Positions 16,675 to 25,051 of a stretch of DNA of 64,000 bases are shown in pieces. Within the stretch, counting starts at the first letter, position 1, and each line of letters begins with the position of its first letter. Source of the stretch: Burkholderiales bacterium (GTDB taxonomy: Bacteria > Pseudomonadota > Gammaproteobacteria > Burkholderiales > Burkholderiaceae_E). Location of the stretch: assembly GCA_003818495.1 (NCBI GenBank), contig RPRK01000006.1, positions 2,489 through 66,488 on the forward strand, in the 5' to 3' direction. The position numbers and the translations under genes are program-made. The notes under the pieces are model-generated. The model did no database searches and was not told the origin of the DNA. It saw only the letters and a list, made by a program, of their open reading frames with translations.

Positions 16675-19026
16675 CTAGCTCTTGGCCGGCCTGACCGGCA
16701 GGACGACCGGCGGCTGGCTCGTTTCGAGTGTTGTGTGCGCGCCGCAATTGTCGTCGCTTTTTGCCAATCTCGTAAATAGCAGGCTCACCGATGCGCCAAC
16801 GGTGCCGCCCGCGGCGTCCGAACGGTTCACCGCATCGATGCGGGCACCGTGCTCCTCGACGATCTTGCGCACGATCGCCAGGCCGAGACCGGTGCCCTTG
16901 GGCTTGGTGGTGACGTAGGGCTCGAAGACGCGCGCGAGCGACCCCGTCGGAAACCCCGGCCCGTCGTCCCGGACCACCAGACGCACGCCGGCGACCGAGC
17001 CGCCCCGCCGCACCGGCTCGGTGACCACCTCGATCGCCCGCCGCGGCTGTTTCTCGGTGGCTTCGAGCGCGTTCTTGACGAGGTTGTGGATCACCTGCCG
17101 CAGCTGCGAGGCGTCGCCGAGGATCGGCGGCAGCCCGGGCTCGAGCTCGGCGTGCAGGCCGCCGGCGGCCTCGATGGGCGCGTACAGCGCGAGCACGTCC
17201 TGGACGAGCACGTTCAGGTCGAGCGGGGCGAGCCGCGCGGCGGGCAGCCTCGCGTAGTCGCGGAACTCGTCGACCATCAGCTTCAGGGCGCCCACCTGGT
17301 TGACAATCGTTTGCGAACTGCGCGCCAGCAGCTCGGCCTCGGCGGGCGGGAGCTTGTCGGCCAAGCGGTGCTGCAGGCGCTCGGCGGCGAGCTGGATCGG
17401 GGTCAGCGGGTTCTTGATCTCGTGGGCCAGCCGGCGCGCCACCTCGCTCCAGGCCACCGCGCGCTGCGCGGACACCACCTCGCTCACGTCGTCGAACACC
17501 ACCAGCCAGCCTCGCTGCGGACTGGGCAGGCGCGCACCGCGCACCAGCAGCGTCAGGGCAGGGGCCGCGTCGGGCCGGCTCTCGGCGCGGCGCTCGGTGC
17601 CCGGCGCGTCGCGCCGGAACGCGAGCTGGCGCTGCCACCCCAGGTGGGTGCCCTCGTCGAGCTCGGCGAAGGCCTCGAGGATCTGCGGCGCGGCCTCCGC
17701 CAGGCGGGGCACCGAGTCGAGCCGGCGGCCCACCATCGCCTCGGCACCGACCTCCAGGATCCGCTCGGCGCCGACGTTGGCCAGCGTGACCCGGAAGTCC
17801 TCGTCGAGCACGATGACGCCGGCGGTCAGGTTGGCCAGCACGCTGGCGAGCCGCGCGTTCGCCCGCTCGAGCTCGTGCTGGTTGCGCTCGACCAGCGCGC
17901 GGGCCTCCTCGAGCTGCCGGGTCATCGCGTTGAACGACTGGGTCAGCACGCCGAGCTCGTCGCGGCCCGCGTAGTCCTTGACCGGCCGGAAGTCGCCTTC
18001 GGCGACCGCCCGCGTGCCGGCGGCGATCATCGACAGCGGGCCGGTCATCCAGCCGGCCAGCAGGAACGATGCCGCGATCGACGAGAACACCGTCAGCAGC
18101 AGCGTCACGGTCATCGTGATGCGGAAGATCCGCTTGAGACCGGCGCGCGACAGCGACAGCTGCTGGTAGTCGCGCCAGCCCTGCTGGATGGCCTCGGCGT
18201 TCTCCGCGAGCTGCGGCGGCACCGGCTGCACCAGCTGCAGGAAGCGCGGCTCCTCGCCGAGCTGTCCGCCCAGCGGGATCGACTGCACGACCCGAAGCTT
18301 CAGGCCGCGCGGCTCGCCGCCGGCGCCCGCCTCGAGCGGCTCGACCGCGGCGTACAGACGCGCGCCGCGCGCCTGCCGCAACGCCGCCGGTGACGGCAGG
18401 TCGGGCAGCAGGTTGGCGTAGCCGCCGCCGCTCGCCAGCAGGATCCGGCCGCTGCCGGTCAGGATGACCGCCTCCTGGGCGCCGGCGCGCTCGCGCATCC
18501 GGTTGAGGGTCGGGGCCCACTGGTTCTGCGGCACGTCGGCGAGTTCGCCCGCCATCGAGCGCGTCTTGGCCTGGAGATCGACGAGCAGCGAGTCGAGCGA
18601 GGCGCGGCCGAGCGACAGGCCGGACTCGAGGGCGCGCTCCATCGGCACGTCGTACCAGGACTCGACCGAGCGGCCGAGGAACTGCACCGCGACCGCGAAG
18701 ATCAGCCCGACCGGCACCAGCGTCATCACGACGAAGGCGAGCGCGAGCCGCACCATCAGCCGGGTGCCGAACAGCCCGGCACGCCAGCGCTGCCACAGGC
18801 GCCGGGCGAGCTCGGCGGCCAGCAGCAGCAGCGCGATGCCGATCGCGACGTTCAGCCCGAGCAGCAGTCCGTAGTGGCTCTCGAGCAGCCGGTCGTTGCC
18901 GCTGGCCACCGCGAGCATCGCGAGCAGCACCGCCGCGAGCGCGACCGACACGAAGAGCGCATAGCGCAGCGCTCGCGTCACGGTGCGCTTCGAGGGGTCT
19001 CCGGCGTGAAGGGGAACCGCTTCCAT
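16675..19026 (-). CDS. ntrY: NtrY-like sensor histidine kinase (TM, HAMP, PAS, HisKA, HATPase)
   Basis: Four N-terminal TM helices. H-box ARRLAHEIKNPLTPIQL. N/G boxes HNLVKNALEA and DDGPGFP...[14 protein letters not shown]. An alternative GTG start at 18981 would form a GTGA overlap with the upstream stop. Confidence 0.9.
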   Translation of the reverse strand: MEAVPLHAGDPSKRTVTRALRYALFVSVALAAVLLAMLAVASGNDRLLESHYGLLLGLNVAIGIALLLLAAELARRLWQRWRAGLFGTRLMVRLALAFVVMTLVPVGLIFAVAVQFLGRSVESWYDVPMERALESGLSLGRASLDSLLVDLQAKTRSMAGELADVPQNQWAPTLNRMRERAGAQEAVILTGSGRILLASGGGYANLLPDLPSPAALRQARGARLYAAVEPLEAGAGGEPRGLKLRVVQSIPLGGQLGEEPRFLQLVQPVPPQLAENAEAIQQGWRDYQQLSLSRAGLKRIFRITMTVTLLLTVFSSIAASFLLAGWMTGPLSMIAAGTRAVAEGDFRPVKDYAGRDELGVLTQSFNAMTRQLEEARALVERNQHELERANARLASVLANLTAGVIVLDEDFRVTLANVGAERILEVGAEAMVGRRLDSVPRLAEAAPQILEAFAELDEGTHLGWQRQLAFRRDAPGTERRAESRPDAAPALTLLVRGARLPSPQRGWLVVFDDVSEVVSAQRAVAWSEVARRLAHEIKNPLTPIQLAAERLQHRLADKLPPAEAELLARSSQTIVNQVGALKLMVDEFRDYARLPAARLAPLDLNVLVQDVLALYAPIEAAGGLHAELEPGLPPILGDASQLRQVIHNLVKNALEATEKQPRRAIEVVTEPVRRGGSVAGVRLVVRDDGPGFPTGSLARVFEPYVTTKPKGTGLGLAIVRKIVEEHGARIDAVNRSDAAGGTVGASVSLLFTRLAKSDDNCGAHTTLETSQPPVVLPVRPAKS

Positions 19027-19562
19027 TCAGATTGCGGGTTCCAGTCCCGATTGGTGAGCGCGGTGATCTGGAAGGGCTTGGGCAGCTGGCTGGTATCGAG
19101 CCGCAGCCGCAGCCAGCCCTCGTAGGAGACGCCGCCGCGGGTACGGTCCCGCGGCATCACCCGCCAGGCCCGCAGCCGCGACATCGCATCGAGCGCCTCG
19201 GGCAGCGAGCCGTAGGCCTGGGGCACGCCGTTGAGCAGCACCCGGTACTGGCGTGTCAGCGCATGATAGGACAGCCGATGCGTCTGGGTCGCCAGCGCGG
19301 TCCGTTCGTCCCACCAGTACCAGCGCGGCCGGAGCAGCTCGAACTCGACGAGGAAGAACAGGGTGACCCCCTTGTTCACCGCGTCCTCGAGCTGCGGGCT
19401 GAGCGACAGCGTGAAGTCGGCCGACAGCAGCCAGGCCTCGCCGTCGGCGGACGGCTCGACTCCGACGTCGAGGACGTCGATCGTGTCGGCGGGTCGGGCG
19501 GCGGGCAACCACGCCAGCAGCGCTGCCGTCGACAGCGCCGCGATGGCGGTGCGTCGCTTCAC
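18978..19562 (-). CDS. DUF4390 domain-containing periplasmic protein
   Basis: GTG start overlapping the rsmB stop (GTGA). Signal peptide (MKRRTAIAALSTAALLAWLPAARPA). The position between rsmB and ntrY is the usual betaproteobacterial synteny for DUF4390. Confidence 0.75.
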   Translation of the reverse strand: MKRRTAIAALSTAALLAWLPAARPADTIDVLDVGVEPSADGEAWLLSADFTLSLSPQLEDAVNKGVTLFFLVEFELLRPRWYWWDERTALATQTHRLSYHALTRQYRVLLNGVPQAYGSLPEALDAMSRLRAWRVMPRDRTRGGVSYEGWLRLRLDTSQLPKPFQITALTNRDWNPQSEWKRFPFTPETPRSAP

Positions 19563-20956
19563 TGTCGTCTGGTCAGGCAGGCATAGAAGAAGCCGTCGTG
19601 CTCTCGGATCGCCCCGGACTGCGGGAACAGCTGGGTGACCGGCTCGCAGACACCGTCGGCCCAGCGCCAGGTGAGGGGCTCACGCACGCAGTCGGTGCGA
19701 GCCTCGACGAAGCGGTGCACCACCGCCTCGCCCTCCTCGGGAAACACCGAGCAGGTGACATAGAGCAATTTACCATTCGGGCTCAGCAGCGGCCAAAGCG
19801 CCTCCAGCATTCGCGCCTGCTGCAGCGCGAGTGTGGCGATATCGCCACGGCGTCGCAGCCACCTCGCATCCGGGTGCCGACGCACGATGCCCGAGGCGCT
19901 GCACGGCGCATCGAGCAGGATGCGGTCGAACGGCCGGCCATCCCACCAGGTGTCCGGTCGGGACGCATCGGCGGCGCGGACCTCGACGCGCGCGTCGCCC
20001 GCCGGCAGGTGCAGCCGTGCGAGCGTCTGCTCGATCCGCTGGCAACGGGCCGCATCGACGTCGATCGCGAGCAGGTCGATGTCCGCCAGCTCGAGGAGGT
20101 GGGCGGTCTTGCCGCCGGGCGCGGCGCACGCATCGAGGACGCGGTGGCCGGCCGCGACGTCGAGCAGCCGGGCCGCCATCTGTGCACCGGCGTCCTGCAC
20201 CGAGACGTCGCCGTCGGCGAACCCGGGGATCGCGTCGACCGGCAGCGCCCGCTCGAGCACGAGCGCCTCGGGTCCGATGCGGCGGACGTGGATGCCCGTG
20301 GCCTCGAGACGCGCCGCGACGGCATCGGGCTCGGCGAGCCGGCGGTTCACCCGGAGCACCAGCGGCGCCTGCAGGTTGCCGGCCTCGGCGATCGCCTCCC
20401 ATCGCTCGGGCCAGGCCTCGGCGAGCCTGCGCAGCCACCAGTCGGGGTGGTCGTAGCGGGCGACCGGGTCGCCCGCGATCGCGGCGAGCAGTACGTCGCG
20501 CTCGCGGCCGAACCGACGCAGCGTCGCGTTGAGGAAGCCGGCCGCCGCGCCGCCGGGCCCCCGCGACAGGCTGCGGGCCGCCGCCACCGCCTGGTCGACG
20601 ACGATCGCGGCCGGACGGATCGGCTCGAGCAGCTGGGCCAGGGCCACGAGCTGCAGCGCGGCCATCCGGGGCAGCGGACGGCGCGTGTTCAGCCGGTCCG
20701 CCAAGGCCTGCAGGCGGCCGAGCCGGCGCACCGCGTGGTACGCCATGTCCCGGGCAGGCGCGCGCGAGGCCGCCGGCAGCGACGCCGTGCGCGCATCGAG
20801 CGCGTCGGGCAGCCGATGGCCGGCGAGCAGGTCGGCGACCGCCTCGGCGGCGGCGAGCATCTCGCGCGACAGCGGCGCGCGCGGGGCCGGGGCATCGATG
20901 CGCGACGGGGGCGCGTCCGAGGCGTCCGGCCGACGGGGCGGCTCGCCGGGCGTCAT
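19559..20956 (-). CDS. rsmB: 16S rRNA (cytosine967-C5)-methyltransferase RsmB
   Basis: NusB-like N-domain plus SAM methyltransferase core (VLDACAAPGGKTAHL, ILLDAPCSASGIVRRHPD, LLYVTCS). It lies downstream of fmt. Confidence 0.9.
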   Translation of the reverse strand: MTPGEPPRRPDASDAPPSRIDAPAPRAPLSREMLAAAEAVADLLAGHRLPDALDARTASLPAASRAPARDMAYHAVRRLGRLQALADRLNTRRPLPRMAALQLVALAQLLEPIRPAAIVVDQAVAAARSLSRGPGGAAAGFLNATLRRFGRERDVLLAAIAGDPVARYDHPDWWLRRLAEAWPERWEAIAEAGNLQAPLVLRVNRRLAEPDAVAARLEATGIHVRRIGPEALVLERALPVDAIPGFADGDVSVQDAGAQMAARLLDVAAGHRVLDACAAPGGKTAHLLELADIDLLAIDVDAARCQRIEQTLARLHLPAGDARVEVRAADASRPDTWWDGRPFDRILLDAPCSASGIVRRHPDARWLRRRGDIATLALQQARMLEALWPLLSPNGKLLYVTCSVFPEEGEAVVHRFVEARTDCVREPLTWRWADGVCEPVTQLFPQSGAIREHDGFFYACLTRRQ

Positions 20957-20963
20957 CCGCGTC

Positions 20964-21926
20964 TCATCGGGACACGCCGCAGAAGCGCTCGCCCGCGGAG
21001 ACGGGAAAGCCCGCGAGAAACTCCCGGGCCGGCAGGCGCCGCCCGCCCGGCCGCTGCAGCTCGAGCAGGGCGACCGCGTCGCGCTCGCCGCAGGCCACCG
21101 TCAGCGCACCGCCGTCCACCGCCAGCACGGTCCCCGCCGGCGCCTCGGCCGCAGCGTCGGGCCGGGCCGCCGCGCGGGCCTTCCAGACCTTGAGCACCGT
21201 GTCGGGCGCCCGCTCGAGCGATGCGGTGCTGCCGGGCACCGGGTCGAAGGCCCGGATCCGGTCGACGATCGACCGGGACGAGGCATGCCAGTCGATCGGG
21301 GCATCGGCCTTGGTCAGCTTCTGCGCGTAGGTGACGCCTTCGCTCGGCTGCGGCAGCAGCGGCAGCGACCCTTGGGCCAGACGCTCGAGCGCTTCGACGA
21401 TCGCCTGCGCGCCGGCTTCGGCGAGCGCGTCGTGCACCGTCGAACCGGTGTCCTCCGGCCCGATCGGGCATTCGCGGACCAGCCGCATCGGGCCGGTGTC
21501 GAGCCCGGCGTCCATCTGCATGATCGTGATGCCGGTCCGGTCGTCGCCGGCCTGCACCGCGCGCTGGATCGGCGCCGCGCCCCGCCAGCGGGGCAGCAGC
21601 GACGCGTGGATGTTGAGGCAGCCGTGGGCCGGGATCGCGAGGACCTCGACGGGCAGGATCAGGCCGTAGGCCGCGACCACCATGACGTCGGCCCCGACCT
21701 CGCGCAGCCTCGCCCACGTGCCCGGATCGCGCAGCGTCGGCGGCTGCCAGACCTCGAGGCCCTGCTCGAGGGCCCACTGCTTGACCGGGCTGGCGAGCAG
21801 CTGCCGGCCGCGCTGCGCGGGCTTGTCGGGGCGTGTGAGGACCAGCGCCACGTCGTGGCCGGCCTGCGCCAGCGCGGCGAGCGCACGCTGCGCGAACACC
21901 GGGGTGCCGGCGAAGACCAGTCTCAT
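20964..21926 (-). CDS. fmt: Methionyl-tRNA formyltransferase
   Basis: MRLVFAGTPVFA..., NIHASLLPRWRGAAPIQRAV, GITIMQMDAGLDTGP. Forms the def-fmt pair. Confidence 0.95.
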   Translation of the reverse strand: MRLVFAGTPVFAQRALAALAQAGHDVALVLTRPDKPAQRGRQLLASPVKQWALEQGLEVWQPPTLRDPGTWARLREVGADVMVVAAYGLILPVEVLAIPAHGCLNIHASLLPRWRGAAPIQRAVQAGDDRTGITIMQMDAGLDTGPMRLVRECPIGPEDTGSTVHDALAEAGAQAIVEALERLAQGSLPLLPQPSEGVTYAQKLTKADAPIDWHASSRSIVDRIRAFDPVPGSTASLERAPDTVLKVWKARAAARPDAAAEAPAGTVLAVDGGALTVACGERDAVALLELQRPGGRRLPAREFLAGFPVSAGERFCGVSR

Positions 21927-21987
21927 CGGGGTGCGGGGACGGGCGGGGCGCCGCCCGCGGGGCGGGCCGGGCGCGCGGGCGGCGGGC

Positions 21988-22494
21988 TCAGGCCGCCTGC
22001 CGATCGAGCTTCGCCATCTTGCTCTTGATGCGGCTCTGCTTCAGGCGCGACAGGTACTGCACGAACACCTTGCCCTGGAGGTGGTCCATCTCGTGCTGGA
22101 TGCAGACCGCGAGCAGGCCTTCGGCCTCGAGCTCGAAGGTCTCGCCGCGCACGTCCAGCGCCCGCACCGTGATGCGGCCGGCGCGCTCGACGTCGTCGTA
22201 GATGCCCGGAACGGACAGGCAGCCTTCCTCGTAGGTCTTCTTCTCGCCGCCGCTCGCGACGATCTCGGGATTGATGAGGACGAGCAGGTCGTCCTTGGTC
22301 TCCGAGGTGTCGATGACGATCACGCGCTCGTGGACGTCGACCTGGGTCGCCGCGAGTCCGATGCCGGGCGCCGCGTACATGGTGTCGGCCATGTCCTGCA
22401 CGAGACGCCTGATGCGGTCGTCGACGGTCGCGACGGGGCTGGCCACCTTGTGGAGGCGGGCGTCGGGGTAGCGAAGGATGTCAAGCACGGCCAT
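21988..22494 (-). CDS. def: Peptide deformylase
   Basis: I start it at MAVLDIL ('cat' at 22492-22494). Motifs [16 protein letters not shown] and QHEMDHL. Confidence 0.95.
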   Translation of the reverse strand: MAVLDILRYPDARLHKVASPVATVDDRIRRLVQDMADTMYAAPGIGLAATQVDVHERVIVIDTSETKDDLLVLINPEIVASGGEKKTYEEGCLSVPGIYDDVERAGRITVRALDVRGETFELEAEGLLAVCIQHEMDHLQGKVFVQYLSRLKQSRIKSKMAKLDRQAA

Positions 22495-22696
22495 CGGACT
22501 AGACCTACCGTTCGAACTCGGGTGCGCGAACTCGTTTCTGAATCGACGTACCATCGAGGGAATTCGGGGCGACGTCCATGCGGTTCAAGCGCACGGGGCC
22601 GACTTCGAAGCCGACCGGGCCGCCTAACGGAGGAACCTACCCTCCCGCCGCTGACCCGGGCACGCATCACGCAGCACGATCTCAGGCAGCGCGAAC

Positions 22697-23767
22697 ATGT
22701 TCAAAAAGTCTATCACGCGGGTTCTCGGCTGCGCCGCCTGGCTGCTGGCGGGCGCCGCCTTCGCGCAGGGCGCCACCGCGCCGCTGGAGCTCGCCCCCAA
22801 CGCCCCCGACAAGCACGTGGTCGTGCGGGGCGACACCCTCTGGGACATCTCGGGGAAGTTCCTCAAGAGCCCGTGGCGCTGGCCCGAGATCTGGCAGCTC
22901 AACCGCGAGCAGATCGCCAACCCGCACCTGATCTTCCCGGGTGACGTGGTCTACCTCGACCGTTCCGGCGCCGAACCGCGGCTGCGGCTCGGCCGGGCGG
23001 TGGACGGCTCGGGCGGCCGTGCCGGCGAGACCGTGCAGCGGACCGAGCCGATGGTCCGCTCGGCCCCGCTCGACCGCGACGCCATCCCGACGATGAACCT
23101 GGCGGCCATCCAGGTCTTCCTGAACCGGCCGCTGATCGTCGAGGAGCAGGGCCTGAAGTCCCATCCGCGGATCATCGCCACCCAGGACGGCCGGGTCTAC
23201 CTGAGCCGCGGCGACACCGCCTATGCCCGCGGCGTGACCGACGACTCGGCCAAGGACTGGCACGTCTACCGCCCCGCCAAGCCGCTGATCGACCCGGCCA
23301 CCCGCCAGCCGCTCGGCTGGGAGACGCTGTACGTCGGCGCGGCCGAGATGGTCCGGCCCGGCGATCCGGCGACCTTCCGCATCCAGTCGACCTCCGAGGA
23401 GATCGGCGAGGGCGATCGGCTGATGCCCGCGACGCGCGCCCAGGTGCCCACCGTCGCGCCGCGTCCGCCGGGCGTGCCGGTCGACGGCCGGATCGTGTCG
23501 GTCTACCGGGGCGTCGACCAGGTCGGCAAGTTCAGCGTCGTGGCCCTGTCGGTCGGCCAGCAGCAGGGGCTGGAGGTCGGGCACGTGCTTCAGGTGCAGA
23601 GCACCGGCCGCATGGTCCTCGACCGGGACACCAAGGAGCAGGTCCGCCTGCCCAACGAACCGATCGGCCAGCTCCTGGTCTTCCGCGTGTTCGACCGGGT
23701 CGCCTACGGCCTGGTCGTCGCCGCGGCGATGCCGATCTCCGTCGGGGCGACGGTCACCAACCCCTGA
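22697..23767 (+). CDS. LysM peptidoglycan-binding domain protein
   Basis: Signal peptide, then a LysM motif (HVVVRGDTLWDISGKFLKSPWRWPEIWQLNREQIANPHLIFPGDVVYL). It sits in the conserved position between def and dprA. Confidence 0.85.
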   Translation: MFKKSITRVLGCAAWLLAGAAFAQGATAPLELAPNAPDKHVVVRGDTLWDISGKFLKSPWRWPEIWQLNREQIANPHLIFPGDVVYLDRSGAEPRLRLGRAVDGSGGRAGETVQRTEPMVRSAPLDRDAIPTMNLAAIQVFLNRPLIVEEQGLKSHPRIIATQDGRVYLSRGDTAYARGVTDDSAKDWHVYRPAKPLIDPATRQPLGWETLYVGAAEMVRPGDPATFRIQSTSEEIGEGDRLMPATRAQVPTVAPRPPGVPVDGRIVSVYRGVDQVGKFSVVALSVGQQQGLEVGHVLQVQSTGRMVLDRDTKEQVRLPNEPIGQLLVFRVFDRVAYGLVVAAAMPISVGATVTNP

Positions 23768-23792
23768 CCCTCCCCCTCGCGGAACCCCGGCC

Positions 23793-24947
23793 GTGTCGCT
23801 CGCACCGGACGACGCCGAGGATCTCGCGCACTGGCTGCGCCTGGCGCTGACGCCCGGCGTCGGTCCGGTCGGGGCGCGTGCGCTGCTCGAGCAGTTCGGC
23901 CTGCCGCACGCCATCTTCGAGTCCGGCGGCGGGCTGCTCGACGACGTCGCGGGCGGGCGGCTCGCCTCGGCGCTGCGCGAGCGCGACGCCGTCCGCGAGC
24001 GGCGGATCGAGCATGCGCTCGAGTGGGCGCAGGCCGCCCACCACCACCTGGTCACGCTCGCCGACGCCGACTATCCGCCGATGCTGCTGCGGATCGCCGA
24101 TGCACCGCCCCTGCTGTACGTCGTGGGCCGGCGCGAGGCGCTGTCGCGGTCCGCGCTCGCGATCGTCGGCTCGCGCAACCCCACGGCGGCCGGCGTCGCC
24201 AACGCGCGGGCGTTCGGGTTCGCCCTGTCGCGCGCCGGCTGGACGATCGCCAGCGGCATGGCGCTCGGCGTCGACGGTGCCGCCCACGACGGCGCGCTCG
24301 AGGGCGGCGCCGGAACGGTCGCGGTGGTCGGCACCGGCGTCGACGTGATCTACCCGTCTCGCCACCGCCGGCTCGCCGAGCGGATCGCGGCCGACGGCGC
24401 GATCGTCTCCGAACTGCCGCTGGGCACCGAGCCCTCGCCCGGACAGTTCCCGCGGCGCAACCGGCTGATCGCAGGGATGTCGCACGGCGTGCTCGTCGTC
24501 GAGGCGGCGCTGCACAGCGGCTCGCTGATCACCGCACGCCAAGCGGGGGAGTTCGGCCGCGACGTCTTCGCGATTCCGGGCTCGATCCATTCGCCGCTCT
24601 CGCGGGGCTGCCACGCCCTCATCCGGCAGGGGGCCGTGCTGGTCGGCAGCGCCGAGGACGTGCTCGACGAGCTGCCCCATCGGAACGACGCGACCGATCC
24701 GCCGACACGCCCGATGTCAGCAAGCACTTACAATGAGCCCGAGCTCCTGACGGAGCGGCTCGACGTCCCGGACTACGACCCGATCCTCGCCGCGATCGGT
24801 CAGGAGCCGGTGCTGCCCGACACGCTGGCGGCGCACCTCGGCATGGCGGCCGGCGACCTGGGCGCGCGGCTGGTCGTCCTGGAGCTGTCCGGGCGCCTCG
24901 AGCGGCTGCCGGACGGCCGGGTGGTCCGACCCCCACCCGTCGGCTGA
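23793..24947 (+). CDS. dprA: DNA-processing protein DprA (Smf)
   Basis: LAIVGSRNPTAAG..., SGMALGVDGAAH, FPRRNRLIAGMS, VVEAALHSGSLITA. Confidence 0.9.
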   Translation: MSLAPDDAEDLAHWLRLALTPGVGPVGARALLEQFGLPHAIFESGGGLLDDVAGGRLASALRERDAVRERRIEHALEWAQAAHHHLVTLADADYPPMLLRIADAPPLLYVVGRREALSRSALAIVGSRNPTAAGVANARAFGFALSRAGWTIASGMALGVDGAAHDGALEGGAGTVAVVGTGVDVIYPSRHRRLAERIAADGAIVSELPLGTEPSPGQFPRRNRLIAGMSHGVLVVEAALHSGSLITARQAGEFGRDVFAIPGSIHSPLSRGCHALIRQGAVLVGSAEDVLDELPHRNDATDPPTRPMSASTYNEPELLTERLDVPDYDPILAAIGQEPVLPDTLAAHLGMAAGDLGARLVVLELSGRLERLPDGRVVRPPPVG

Positions 24948-25051
24948 CTTGCTTCCGCGCCGATCCGGCTCTTATGATTGGCGCCCCCTGAAACCGGTCG
25001 ACCCCTTGTAGCCAAGCGCTGCACAGACCGGTTCTCCCCAACCAGGATCCG

